Of a DNA stretch of 64,000 nucleotides, positions 14,993 to 29,119 are shown one piece after another. Positions within the stretch are counted from its first letter, which is position 1; the number at the start of each line of letters is the position of its first letter. The stretch comes from Octopus vulgaris. Its lineage: Eukaryota. The position numbers and the translations under genes are program-made. Below the pieces are notes generated by a model. That model saw nothing but the letters and a program-made list of their open reading frames with translations, was not told where the DNA came from and did not search any database. The DNA is taken from NCBI GenBank assembly GCA_951406725.2, contig OX597831.1, forward strand, positions 51,584,001 to 51,648,000. The letters run 5' to 3'.

Positions 14993-15982
14993 TTTATACA
15001 TACATACATACAATATATGAGTGAGCATTGTTTAGGCTGAAGCATCTTTTGCAAAATCAACTCGGTAGATTTAATTAAAGTACATATATATACATATGAA
15101 TCGTAATCACGAAAAGGAAGAAAAAAATTAACCTATTTTAATAGAAATAAGACAAAAATAACAAATCAGGAACGGTTGGTTACTTTCATTTCTAACCCTT
15201 AGTTTAATATTTCACTCCCCGATGGAAAAAAACCAAATCTGATGCATTAAATAAATTTTTTTGTGTATATGTGTGTATCTTTGGTGAAATATTAATTAAT
15301 AATTAAATATCAATTACCGTTTTTTGTTTCCTTATTCTTCTTGGTAACAAGTTCAACAAGTCGTTGTTTGGACGTGAAGGAAAAAAACGCAGCCACTAAG
15401 TATGATATAGTATAGTAGGTGCTTTACACCTCTATATATATATATGTGTATATATATATATAAATGCTGATAATAAGTCTTGTATGCTTTACGTTGCTCA
15501 CCGACTGCGAATTATCTTGAGAAGTACAGATGATTCTAGAAAAGGTTAGAAATGTGACGTAAGTGACCACGTGATTTGCCACGTTTGATGGCTGTAAAAA
15601 CTGGAACGGGATCGAACGAAATGCTTACTTTTCGCTTACATACGCGGAAAGAAAAAAAAATAAGCGAAATAAAAATTAAAATGTATACTTTTTTTAAAAA
15701 TCTTTTGTCTTTTTTTTGTTTGTTTCTGTCATTGGACTGCGGCCCCTGCTGGGGGAATCGCTTTGAAGGGAAGGGTTTTAGTTTGAACAAATCGACCCCC
15801 CATTGCTTACTAAGCACTACTGTCGGTCTTATGTTTTTTTTTTTTTGGTGAAATGGTAAGTTGCAGACATGTAAACAAACCCACACCGGTTGTCAAGTGG
15901 TGGTTGACAAACAACACAGACACACATACACGCACTCAGTGGATCATATATATCCGAAAAAGAAGCACATTCTAAAAGTTAG

Positions 15983-16017
<35 letters not shown>

Positions 16018-16047
16018 TCTCTATCTTTCAGAGAGGCACAAGCACAT

Positions 16048-16078
<31 letters not shown>

Positions 16079-16480
16079 CTAGCAGTATCGCCCGGCGTTG
16101 CTCGGGTTTGTAAGGGAAATAACTATATAAGCATTCTGGATTTTTAGAGATGTAAAGTATAATAGCCATCTCAATATGGCTAACCACAAAGGGGCGGGGT
16201 GTTACTGTAGCTTTTTACGTTCTGAGATTTAATAAATTTTTAGAGAGTTACTTCCCTTATATATGCCAAAAATGCATTAAAAATGGGAAAAATTGATGGT
16301 AAATTTTTTTTTAAATCGTAGACTCATCGTAGACGCGCACTAATACCCAGAAGGGCTCGATATGAATCATGACTATAAGATACCTGGTTTTGGTTAAACT
16401 GCACCGCAAAATGTGGGAGTAGTTAGGAATCTAAATCGTAGGAGACAGACAGCACACAACCTCACTTTTATATATAAAGA
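16079..16480 (-). mobile_element. Non-autonomous Helitron
   Basis: Minus strand starts TC, ends CTAG, with subterminal hairpin CCCGAGC aac GCCGGG; inserted between A and T in (TA)n; no TSD. Confidence 0.75.
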
Positions 16481-16679
16481 TATATATCACCATCATCATC
16501 ATCATCATTTTAACGTCCGCTGTCCATGCTGAAGGCTGATAAGCTAATAGGCTGCACCAAACTCCAGTCTGATTTGGCATAGCTTCTATGGCTGTATGCC
16601 CTTCTTAATGCCAACCACTCTGAGAGTGTAATAAGTGCTTTTACATGTCACTGGCATGAGTGCCAGTTGCATGGCACTC

Positions 16680-17382
16680 ATGAAAAAGTACCACACCTTA
16701 CTGGTTGAGGGAACCTGTGGAAGAGGTAGACAGAGGAAGACCTGGGATGAGGTGGTGAAGCATGACCTTCGAACATTAGGCCTCACCAAGGCAATGACTA
16801 GTGACCGAGACCTTTGGAAATATGCAGTGCGGGAGAAGACCCAGTAAGCCAAGTGAGACCATAACCTCGTGGCCTATGCCAGGGATGTAACCAGCCCAGT
16901 TATGTGTACCTTTCCTTCATTGGACACTAAACTCTGCTTGCAAAGACCTGTTGAGGCAAGTCAAAGTGAAATCAAATCAAAATCAATGACTGGCACCTGT
17001 GCCAGTGGAGCGCAAAGAGCACCATCCGAGCGTGATCGTTGCCAGAGCAGCTGACTGGCTTCCATGCTGGTGGCATGTGCAAAAACATTTGAGCGAGGTC
17101 GTTACCAGTGCCGCTGGACTGGCTCTTGTGCAGGTGGCACGTAGAAAACACCATTTAAACATGGCTGTTGCCAGTACCACCTGACTGGCCCTCGTCCCAG
17201 TGGCACATAAAAGCACCCACTACACTCTCGGAGTGATTGGCATTAAGAAGGGCATCCAGCTGTAGAAACTCTGCCAGATCAAGATTAGAGCTTGGTGCAG
17301 CCATCTGGTTCGTCAGTCCTCAGTCAAATTGTCCAACCCATGCTAGCATGGAAAGCGGATGTTAAACGATGATGATGATGAT
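16680..17382 (+). mobile_element. RTE LINE 3' end plus RTE-tailed short element ending in (GAT)n
   Basis: VEGTCGRGRQRKTWDEVVKHDL RTE C-terminus; tail CCCATGCTAGCATGGAAAGCGGATGTTAAACGATGATG, which also occurs at ~17900-18120, 20440-20655, 34652-34932 and 41140-41515. Confidence 0.8.
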
Positions 17383-19196
17383 ACTTGTAAACCCAGGGTC
17401 TCATAAAGTGAGGTATTACTATGTGTGTATGTGTGTGTGAGTGTGTGTCTACAAATCTAATGGATGCCCCGAAAGATATTTTAAGATCCACAAAAATCAG
17501 AACTTAACTGCAGCTCTTGGTGGTCCAAATCAGAACTTAACTGCAGCTCTTGGTGGTCCAAATCAGATATGCAATCTATGTGGGTGTTTTTTCAATACAA
17601 TGTATGGTTTAAAAAGCCAAATCAAACGCCATGATGGATCTAAGGTGTAAGTGCAAGAGGTGGTCAAACTCTGCATGAGGAGTAGACAACCACCATATAT
17701 ATGATCAGCTTCTTTCAGAGTCTATCTACATAAGATACTTGCCTTATGTGCTGGGCAGTGGGACTGAACCCAAGACCACATAGTTAGGAAGTAAACTTCT
17801 TAACCACACTGTCACACCAAAAATTTTTCATTTTTTTCTTTTTCTTCCAGAAAGTTAGTCTTATTTCCTTATGATTAAAATGTATAGGAAAAGGCCATTC
17901 ATCATCATCGTTTAACGTCCATTTTCCATGCTAGCATGGGTTGGACGATTTGACTGAGGACTGGTGAACCAGATGGCTGCACCAGGCTCCAATCTTGATC
18001 TGGCAGAGTTTCAACAGCTGGATGCCCTTTCTAATGCCAACCACTCCGAGAGTGTAGTGGGTGCTTCTACATGTCACCGGCATGAAGGCCAGTCAGGCGG
18101 TACTGGCAATGGCCACGCTCATTTTCTTCAAATTTCACTTTTGATATTTTTTTAAAATTTGAAATATTTTGAAATTTACCAAGGTAGAAATAGTAATATT
18201 TATATTACCAAAACCTTAAGCTCACTTTAGATCCCACTGTCTAAGCGTTTAAAGTTTTTGTTATCATATTTCTGTTGAGATACACTGCTTTTGTTTCAAT
18301 TAATTTTTAAAATAATGAAGAATTTAATAAAACAATTTTGTCATTTATTAGCTGGTAAACATAAATTAACATGAAATTTTAATGAAGGTCTTAATTTAGA
18401 TCACTCTAGAACAAAAAGTTTATATCATAGATCCGGTGGGGATTTTATGTTGATTGGTAAATGAAGCCTTCTGCATTCAAAATAGATGGCATCAAGAGGT
18501 TACAGTATCTGGCTGACACATTTTGCTATATCTGTAGCCAATTTATTTAGACAATAATGAAAACATGCTGTGTGGCAACATCTGCTAAAATGTATGAGTT
18601 ATAGAAAGCATATTTTAGTATGTCTATTGGGGATCAAGGCAAATTCTGGACACTTCATTTCACCTGTTAGTACAGAAAAAAAAAAAAAAATTCGAGACAG
18701 TGGTTCTCAACTATTTTTTGCCTTCGATTACGATTTTATTCTGGTGGACCTCATAGCCTCTCAATGTTTAAAAACTAGTTCTTTCAAATTTCCCATTTGG
18801 TGTTTCAAATATTAACTTGTGGAAGTTGAACTATGTAAAACATTAGAGAAAGAAACCCAGCTGGTTTTTTTTCCCAATAAATATATCTAAATTAAAATTT
18901 TTTCATGGATCTTTAATATACTACTGTGTGTACTCAATTTACTATTTTGCTTGTGTGAAACCCCCTCCCCAGTTAGAGTGTTGGGCTCACAATCATGAGG
19001 TAGTGAGTTCAATTCTCTGACCAGGCTGTGTGTTGTGTTCTTGAGCAAGACACTTTATTTCTCGTTGCTCCAGTTCACTCAGCTGTAGAAATGAGTTACA
19101 ATGTCACTGGTGCCAAGCAATATCTGGCCTTTGCTTTTCCCTCGGATAACATTTGTGATGTGGAGAGGAGAAGCTGGTATGCTAGGGCAACTGCTC

Positions 19197-19705
19197 ATCA
19201 TCATCATCATTGTTCGACCATGGTCAAGACAATGGAATTTACCATGCTACGCCAGACTTCACGGTCCATCATGGCATTACGGAGGTCCTGTTGCTCGAAG
19301 CCTGTATCCCTGGAGATTACATCAGGGTAGGAGAGTGTGCGCCATATGGTATTGCAAGTAGATGGCTTCCAGAGAAGAGTAGATATTGCCTTGTTTTCAG
19401 CTCTACAACAATGTCTAGCAAACTGGACTCTCCTACCTTTCACAAGAGATGACACAGGTGGTAGTTTCCCATTATATTTGCATTTTGGTTGGATGACGCT
19501 TCCACGAGAGATTTTGAGCTCTCATAAGGAGGCGAGTGTAGGTTCCATCCAACCGCCTCTCAAGCTTCTTTGATAACGTCCAGGTTTCTGAGCCATATAG
19601 TAGAATTGGTTCGACTGTGGCTTTGAATATTTCAAGTTTGAAGTCTCTACTTAGATTTGATGGCCAGATCTTATGCATGTCATTACAGGCTGACCAGGCC
19701 ATCTT
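19197..19705 (-). mobile_element. RTE/RTE-X LINE 3' fragment nested in a SINE
   Basis: IFKATVEPILLYGSETWTL, FARHCCR, AMMDREVWR; (ATG)n tail; flanks continue the SINE also seen at 38915-39270. Confidence 0.8.
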
Positions 19706-21499
19706 CCATAAATAACATTGCCCAGAATTGTGCTTCAGAGGGGAACTTCTAGGTGCTGGTGCCTTGAAGTGTTTGGTCAAACAAATCAACCCCAGTACTT
19801 ATTCTATCAATCTCATTTGCTGAACCACTAAATTATGGGGATGTAAAAACAAGCCAACACCAGTTGTCAAGCAGTGGTGTGGGACAAACACAAACACATA
19901 GATGCACACACACATGATAGGCCCCTTTTAGTTTGTCTACCAAATCCACTCACAAAGCTCTGGTTGGCCCAAAGCTATAGTAGAAGACACTTGCCCAAGA
20001 TGCTGTGCAGTGGAACTGAACCAATGACCATGTGGCTGAGAAGCAAACTTCTTACCACACAACCATGCCTGCAACTAAGGAAAAATTTTTTTTTTAAATT
20101 TCCACTGAAATATTTTACATGAGTTTTATTGTTATATTTTGGAATGGTCCTTTTTTTTGCCAAATAAACACACAAAATATATATTTGTTCTTTACTTCAG
20201 ATTTATTATTGTTCTTATTTAATATTCTTTTCTCAAAACCTTTTGTTACACCTCCTGTGACCTCTTCAGTGACTTTCCATCCCATGTGTCTCCTCTCCCT
20301 CTAGTTCTGTTTAGTCCATTCTGTTTTTCTATGGTGTGCATCCTTATCTGCACGTGTTTGCATGTGTGTGTGTATGTATGTGTGTGAGTATGTGTGCCTA
20401 TGTGTTTTGTATGTGTATATATGGGTTTGCTTACATAAAAAGCACCAGCCGATCGTGGCTGTTTGCCAGCCTACCCTGGCACCTGTGTCAGTGGCAAATA
20501 AAAAGCATGAACTACACTCACGGAGTGGTTGGCGTTAGGAAGGGCATCCAGCTGTAGAAACACTGCCAGATCAGACTAAAGCCTGGTGCAGCCTCATGGC
20601 TTTCCAGACCCCGGTCGAACCGTCCAACCCATGCTAGCATGGAAAACAAACGTTAAAAAAAAAATTTAACTGTTTGTATTGGTTCCCTTTATTTGCATGA
20701 ACCTCTTACATAACAGTCATGAGTAAAATGACATTTTTTTTTTTGCTTAATAACAATTCTGTTTTGCTCATTTGCAAGATAGCACAAAGAGGCAAAAATA
20801 ATCCATGAATTTTGCTATCGCAAAAAATTTGGCAGGATTCATTGACCACTGAAGCAATAATTATTTCTATGTAATGAACTCATCTAAATTTCAAGCAGGC
20901 AAGAATGCATTTTCTTTCATGTATCTGGATCGTTTATCAGCCATAGTCTCCCTGCCATGCCACACTGCTCTGAATTTCCAGTACCCACACTGCAAATAAG
21001 GATGAAGGAGAGGAGAAAGGGTAAAAAAGAGGTTGGCGAGAAAGAGCAGCAATTCAGAACAGATGGCAGCTGCAGAGGAGCAGCTAAAGAGGTAAAAATC
21101 GTCCTACTCCTACCAAAAAGATCTCTATGACTAGATCAGCAATGTTGCTCTCACAATGCTAAGTGTTAAGCTTTTGGCATCTAGGCTTAAGCAGTGGAAC
21201 AAGTGTACATGAAAGTGTGCAAGTCACAAATCAGAAGAAGTGTTACTTGGGTTTTTCAAGGCTGTTCACCTGTCAAGATGGATTCTGCTATTGTCAAAAT
21301 GTGATCAGTCTATTTGAAGCAATCAGAATTGTCCTGTAATCCCAATTAGAGGCACCTCTTCATTGACAGCTCATCCTAGAGCATCCAAGCTGTTACTGCT
21401 TCATCATGAGAAAAAAAAAGTTTTTGTCTATTCCCTTGGTTCACACACTGACCTTCAAAGAATAATACATACATACATACTCCCTTCCTCCTCCTCCTC

Positions 21500-22180
21500 A
21501 TCATCATCATTCTGCATTAGTTTTCCATGTGTCCTGTGGCCCTACTACAGGTCTTGTGTATCCATAGTTCGCATGGAATACACTTTAGAGAATTCCTATC
21601 TACTCCTTCTCTGTGCCATGAGCATGGCCATTTTCTTGATGGCAACAGGGTTTTGTTTTTTGTTTTTTCTTCTTCTTTAAAAGTTTTGAATTTGCTAGCT
21701 TTACTTTGAGACACCTACAGTCTAGTTATTGTTTCCATGTCTGAAATTTCTTCTCTAAAATCTTCCACAGACACAGCTATAATTATTAGTTCATCAGCAT
21801 GTAGGAGTTCCTATGGACAGCTACTCTTAAATTCCTCTAAGAGAAAATGAGAAATGAGCTTTGATGAATACTTACACACACACACAAAATTCTCCTCTAA
21901 CTATTTGCAAAAGTCTCACTTTGAAAGTGAGATCTCAGTATATGGATTGCACCAGCCATTTATCAGCATCTTGTTTTCTTAAAACCCACCAGACTACAGA
22001 GCTTTACAAGCTGTCAAAGGGCTTCTCCTAAACAATGAATGCTCAGTAGAGAAGCTTACTCTTAGCTAGAAACTTCTTGCAGATCTCATGAAGAAGAAGG
22101 AACCATTAGCATCCCTTTCTGGTACTTATCTGATCTGCATTTCATCTAAGCTGATTGTCTTCCTAATCTACAGTGTTAAA
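21500..22180 (-). mobile_element. Degenerate RTE LINE reverse-transcriptase fragment
   Basis: CPxELLHADEL at ~21790-21825, homologous to the 3765-6270 element. Confidence 0.65.
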
Positions 22181-24393
22181 CCTCTTTCACAACTTGGGCC
22201 ATCAATAATGTGTGTGTGTGCATGTGTGTATTTATCTATTCATATACCATATTTTAATGTGTATAAGGAACCCTTTTTTGTCAAAAATTAGGTTAAAAAT
22301 ATATGGGAGTTTCTTATACATGGATAGTATCATAATCCCTTACAAAACCTTTTTTCCAAATTTTAAGTCCCAAAAATTAGGGAGTTCTTTATACACATTA
22401 AAATACGGTATATCATCATCATCATCATCACCATTATCATCACCATCATCATCTAACATTCACTTTTCCATGCTAGCATGGGTCAGATGGAAGTTGTTGA
22501 GGTGGATTTTCTATGGCTGGATAACCTTCTTATCATCAACTCTCACCTGTTTCCAAGGGAATATTTCCCTAAGGCCAGATGTTTTCTACAGAATATTGGA
22601 AATAAAGAACACTGCTTGCATGGCAGTGACACTCACAGCTATCATGTGATGGCAAGGCAAAGAAGCTGTAACACACAAACATATATATAATGGGCTTCTT
22701 TCAGTTTCCTTGTATCAAACCCACTGACAAGACTTAGGTTGATTGGCGGTGATAATAGAAAACACTTATCCAAAGTGCCATGAAGTGGGACTGAACCTGA
22801 AACTATGCAGTTGGAAAGAGAATTTCTTACTTCACAACCTGTATATGTATATAGGCACAGACATGGTTGTGTAGCTAAGTAGTTCATTTTGCAACCATGT
22901 GGTTCAGTCCCACTGTGTGGCACTAGATTTAACTACTCTTTCTAGCAGATTGAGTGACCACATATAGGCTTCCCTATTAGTGTATCTGACTGAGTATGTG
23001 TGGCATATTTCTAATTATTTTTCTATGTTTTCGTATCACAAACATCATATGCATATGTGAACAGGTCAAACTCTTTCAAAACCTCTCTATGTACAGTTGA
23101 ACTCTCATACATTGGCAATTACAAGATATCAAGGTTGAAGTAGCAAACTCTTTGTAGATTTAAGAAAAGTTTGCTAACATTTGCTTTTGGATGTTCTTGA
23201 ATTCATTCACAGTTATAAGTATTTCACTTGACGGACTTTTGTCACCCAATGCCCTTGGGAAAAATAATGAAAATCATATCTTTCACCTTACCTCTAGAAG
23301 ACTTAGACTGAACTGCCCTTTGTTGGATGCTTCTGATGACTGATAGAGAATAGCTTATCAGAGCAGTGAGTACAACAACTGGATATTTTGTGTCTGATTT
23401 CATGAATTTTATCTGTATGTGAAATACATAAATAATCTATTCTCCTTCAAGTACTCCAGCCTTGTACCACAGGGTTTTTTTTCTTTTGTGTGTGTGTGGC
23501 ATAGAGTTTTAGGTTCACAACACATCCTTTTTTATTTGAAGATGCTATGGTATGATTTGAGGGGGATTTGGCTGCCAATTCTGGCATGTTGAGTGACCAA
23601 TTAGAGGGTTTCTTACTGGCTTGTATTTAAAGAGTAGAAACAGACAGTTGTTGGATAGTTGAGATAATCATAATCTTTATTCTGACATTAACATCATAAA
23701 TTGGTTTGAACGAGGAACTGTGAATGTGTCATAGTAGCTTACCGCTTCATTTAAGGTGCACACTAACTGGTTCTTTGGGTCTTTGAGAACACCACTAACT
23801 GGTTCTTTGGGTCTTTGAGAAGTGTCTACTCAATTGCAAGAATTTAGTGCACATCACTGGTCTGAGGAAACTTCCTTTCATTAGTCTTGGAAATCCTGTG
23901 AAAAAATGGTTGAATAAGCTTAAAATAGAATATAAAATGTGCATTACAGTTTAGAGAGAGTCAGTGATTGGAGATTAAGCATTTCCCCTTAAAAGCTTAG
24001 TCATCTGACCCCTACTTCATCTCATATACTCACCATAAGTTCACATACTATGCATTTCAACTTTTTGGTGCCCAAACTATTTGGCATTGCAAGTCATCTG
24101 ACTGGTCAGAGCTTCAGCCTTCCAGTTTTATAGGAACTATCTTTGGCAGTACTAATGCTTCAGCCTTGACTCATTAAGCTAGGCGGGTGGCTAAAACCTT
24201 CCTCTAATGCATATCCTTCCATACCCCATACACAAGCAAAATTCACAGCCTTAAGTCCCCCAAGTAGTTCACTCATAGCCGTGTTGTTGCAGTTCAATCA
24301 AAATACACAGCTTACCACATTGGAGAAAATCAGCCAATCATACAAAGTGGTCACTTCAAATCCTGCAAAACCATCATCCAAAGTGAGAGTGCC

Positions 24394-24433
<40 letters not shown>

Positions 24434-24841
24434 ATGCCCTCTCTCTCACTTCCCAGATTGCAGCTGATCCTTTTGGTCCCTTGCTTAAAAGACCTCTACC
24501 AACTTTGCAGCATCCAACTTATCTCTACTCTTCAGCCATAATGGTTCTAAAAGCAATATTCCAACAGAGAAAGCCTATACATTTACTGACCAATTTGCAT
24601 TTTACTCTACACTTCATGCATTAGGTAGGCCTCTTCTAAAACTATTCCTTTCAACTATGAAGCACACATATATTGTAAGTGTAAAAGCTCCTCTGGTTGT
24701 TTCAAACTAAGGAAGCGATTGATTCTGACAATGTCACTTCCATTATGTATGAACAACATGCTCTACAGTTATTCTTCATGCCGATCAAACTCTTCAATTT
24801 CTCTCTCTATCTCTCTATGGGAAATATATTCTGATGTTTAA

Positions 24842-25051
24842 CCCTTTAGCTTTCAGATTACTCTGTCAAATGTAAAGCCTGTTTAATCACATTGTTTTAA
24901 ATTAATTGTACAGTATCTTGTAACTCTGAGATTTTGATGATGTCCCTGTTTATTTTTAGAATGACTTTGTAGGGTAGGTGTGAGAGGTCAGAGCTGGCTG
25001 GTTTGAGCATAAAACAGGAAGACAATTTTGGCCGGTTTAAACACTAAAGGG
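24842..25051. mobile_element. piggyBac-like MITE, second subfamily
   Basis: TTAA-CCCTTTAG...CTAAAGGG-TTAA. Confidence 0.65.
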
Positions 25052-26323
25052 TTAAAAAAATGCTATAGTAAGTCTTATTTCCAAGGACAACCTGCACTAA
25101 CCCTATCAACTATTAACCTAAATACTTACTTTCAGCATCATAAATATGATGGAAATAATGAATAACAACACCCATATCAATATCATGAGTCTCTTTTCTT
25201 CCCAAATGATCATCAGTATTGCTTTCAAAAAGACCCAATGATGACCCACTCTCCTGTTTCACATACCAGTAAACTCTTTTCCTTGAGAAATTTAGGAAAA
25301 GCAGTGTTGTTACTCTTGACCATGTTCAGCATGCAAATCTTGTAGAAAAATTGCTTGCCTATGAGCTAGCTGTATTTGTCTCTCATCTTTTGGATTGTAC
25401 TAGCGTGGCATGTATTAATTGAGCACTCTCTGATCCCACACTCTCAGCTACAGTGTTCACAAGGGTTTGGTTGTGTTCCATAACACTCTTTCACCTATAT
25501 GTCAACAACCTACTTGGCACCATCGCTAATAATACTCACTCCTATATAGCTAATGCCCTTCACTTCTACAGCAAAGAATTGTCTATGTGCAGTATAAATA
25601 TCTCAAACAAAATTTGCATTGGGTCTCTTAACAGATGCCTTGAAAACATGCCCAAATGGAATCATACCAGTTTTGTTTTTATCATTATCAAAAAGTGACA
25701 ATCACTGCACATGCCAAGAAAATTTTGTTGGTCCCACCCTTTATGAGAGCATGTAACTAGAATCGTTAAAATTGTTTCAAATGTTAGGGCTCACCTTCTC
25801 TCCTGGTGAATATGCTTAACATAACGATGACTTTCTTCTCCAGGGTCAGAAAATAAATACTTCATTTTCCAGGAATTGCATATCCTCTATGTGAGTGCAG
25901 TACTCATGATTGAATACTGCACCCCTATTTGGGTTAGTGCTATTATTACCCAAGCAGATATTCAAGAATGGACCCACATAATAAAGACCACTTGAATGAT
26001 AAACATGAAGTTGCTCACCAATGCACACAAATCCCTAGCTCATAAATATGTCTGACTATGAGGAATTGAAACCTTGATTGGAACTAGTTGGGAGGTGGCA
26101 ACAGGAAGAGCATCTGATCGTAGAAAATCCCCAGCAAATTCTGTCTGGTCCATGCAAGCCCTGGTTAAAATGTTAAAATGATGATGATGATAGTATACAT
26201 ACACTGACTTCCCCCACTCTCATATATATATGTATGTATGCATGTATGTATACGGCTCGCTTGTTAATAGGTTCAGGATATTTAGATACTTAATACATTT
26301 GAGTTATAAATAAATATTATATA

Positions 26324-26440
26324 TACAGCCATATCACGTTGAAAGCACCGGTTCTAGTCCGGTCGCCGAAGTTCAGCAACGTTGAGCCTAGTTAGTACTT
26401 AGATGGGTGACCGCTTGGGAAACCTAGGTGCAGTAAGCAT
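26324..26440 (+). rRNA. Solitary 5S rRNA copy, probably a pseudogene
   Basis: TACAGCCATATCACGTTGAAAGCACCGGTTCT...GTTAGTACTTAGATGGGTGACCGCTTGGGAA..GGTGCAGTAAGC follows metazoan 5S along its length; first 3 nt of helix I missing; T-run terminator at ~26447. Confidence 0.85.
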
Positions 26441-26453
26441 CACACATTTTTTA

Positions 26454-26940
26454 TAGGCGCAGGAATGGCTGTGTGGTAAGTAGCATTATCATTCACCTCA
26501 TTAATGTCCTTGTCCAGCCTGCAAGTTACCTTACTCTATGTACTTCCTTTATGGCAAATTTGATAAAATAAAGTAGCCTGCTTACCAACCACATGGTTCC
26601 GGGTTCAGTCCTACTGCGTGGCACCTTGGGCAAGTGTCTTCTACTGTAGCCCCAGGCTGACCAAAGACTTGTGAGTGGATTTGGTAGACAGAAACTGAAA
26701 GAAGCCCGTCGTATCTATGTATATATATATATATGTGTGTGTTTGTATTTGTCCCCCCACCCCCATCATCGCTTGACAACCGATGTTGGTGTGTTTACGC
26801 CCCCTTAACTTAGCGGTTCGGCAAAAGAGACCGATAGAATAAGTACTAGGCTTACAAAGAATAAGTCCTGGGGTCGAGTTCCTCGACTAAAGTCGGTGCT
26901 CCAGCATGGCCGCAGTCATATGACTGAAACAAGTAAGAGA
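26454..26940 (+). mobile_element. tRNA-derived SINE family A
   Basis: A box TGGCTGTGTGG, B box GGTTCAGTCC, CORE-like GCACCTTGGGCAAGTG, internal microsatellite; more than 15 copies or fragments in the window. Confidence 0.85.
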
Positions 26941-28019
26941 GAAAAAATGTGTGTGTATGTGTGTGTTTAGTGGGGCGCGCGTTTGGATGTTCGCACACGC
27001 ACACATGCATACACTTTTTGTTTGCCTATATTTTTGAAATATAAATATCATAATCTTTTAAATCCATGTATTTTTATAACTTTATTACTTTTTATTTCAA
27101 TTTAAATGACTGCAAAATAGTGATTTACCACCTGGTTTTTCCAGTTAGCGTGAGATGAGTGTCAAGGTTTTTCGTTTCGGCATCTGTGGTACATATTTCA
27201 CATTTTACAACTCCTTTTTTTCTTTAGTTTCCGTGTTCTTTCTTTTTTTTTTTTTTTATTTAATCTATTGGATACACGACCTTCACTCTTTGTGAGAACT
27301 TCTTTGTCCGTAAATAATTGTTTCTGTGGTAGAAATTCGCGGATTTTAAGTGAATTGTCGGAAAGAATCCGAAAAAAGTGAAGATCCTCTTCGTATAAGC
27401 ATAAGTACAATGAATTATCTACTACCGGAAATTGAAATCCGGTTGTAAACGCCGTTTGCCGGGTGCTGACAAATTACTTCGCCAACAATTATATAATTTA
27501 AATTTAGACACTTTTTCTTTGGAATTATATGAAATGAATTGTGGTTTTAAGAAGATCGTACCTTACTTCAAGTGGATTTAGGGAATATATTAAGGGAAAC
27601 TGCTACAAATGAGACTTGAAAGCGGCTGAATTGAGTTATTGGCGACTTAGTTGTTTCTGAATATTTGGCGTTTGATTAAAAAAAGGAAATCTTTTCATAA
27701 TTTCCTTTGGTTTAACCCCCAAGGATAATTTTCGCAAGGGTGGTGGAGATGTATAGTTGATCGAATCGTAAATTATACGTCTATATGTCTTTTTTTTTTA
27801 TTTAGTTGGTTTTGGAATGATGAAAAATATAATTTATATCGATGAGGCTTGGGTAGGTTGAGATAAATGAATAAAATAACTCATTTTAATCCAGTGTTTC
27901 AGTTGAGTTTCTGAACTTTTTTGACTTAGAAATAATACATTTGAAATAAATAAATCCACCCTTATTATTCAAGCTGGGAATAACACTAATTAAAAAAAAA
28001 CAAAACATTACAATATTGT

Positions 28020-28058
<39 letters not shown>

Positions 28059-28477
28059 CATTTCATTCATTCTTGTATTGTATGCCAAAAGTTTTCAAGT
28101 CATGACCTGCATTAGCAACTAAAGTAAATTTTTTCAAGTCTGGAAACAAACTACCAACTGTATTTTTTAATTTTTTTTTTTATTGAACTTCAAAATGTTT
28201 TGTTAACTTATTGCTTATAATATACATATTTATTTACTTTCTTGTAGACTTTGCAGATTATCGCTTAAAAAATGGATTAACTATAATTTTTTTTTTCTTC
28301 GAAATCTTTCACTTTTTGTTAATGTGAAAATAACGTTTGGATGAATTCCAGTGCACTGAAAGTGAAAAACAAAAGCCTACGAGGCCGAAGAAATTTTAAA
28401 AAAATGTTTGAGTGGAATCAAAAATGACAAGCCCAGTATCAGTTCGGCCGCACACACACACAGATATACATTAGAGT

Positions 28478-28792
28478 GCGGTCATGCTGGGGCACCATTT
28501 GAGGAATTTTAGTCGAACTAATCGATCACGGTCTCTTTCGCTGAACGTAAACAACACTGGTCGTAATCGGTGGTGGGAGATAAACATAGATACACAGACA
28601 GTTAGTCAGACAGACACACGACGGGTTTCTTTCAGTTTCCGTCTACCAAATCCACGAGGCTTTGGACAGCTCGAGGCTGAAGTAGAAGACACTCACCCAA
28701 GGTGTCACGCAGTGTGACTGGACCCGGAACCATGTGGTAGCGAAGCAAACTTCTTAACAGCCACGCCTGCGCTTATATATATACATACATAC

Positions 28793-28839
<47 letters not shown>

Positions 28840-29082
28840 ATACTTTTTATCTTATATTAAACTGTTAATACTTTTTGATAGTTATATATATTTATTAAAA
28901 AGAAAATTCTTAAATAAATTAAAAAAAAAAAAAAAAAGTGGTAAGTAGCTTGTTTACCAACCACATGGTTCCGGGTTCAGTCCCACTGCGTGGCACCTTG
29001 GGCAAGTGTCTTCTACTATAGCCTCGGGCCGACCAAAGCCTTGTGAGTGGATTTGGTAGACGGAAACTGAAAGAAGCCCGTC

Positions 29083-29119
<37 letters not shown>

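Noticed and set aside
17494-17565. 33-bp direct repeat (similar duplications at 23760-23821 and 58706-58785)
   Set aside because: Simple two-copy tandem duplications with no spacers; not CRISPR-like
27817-27914. Box C/D snoRNA candidate (ATGATGA...CTGA)
   Set aside because: No convincing terminal stem or recognisable rRNA guide; such motifs are frequent by chance in AT-rich DNA
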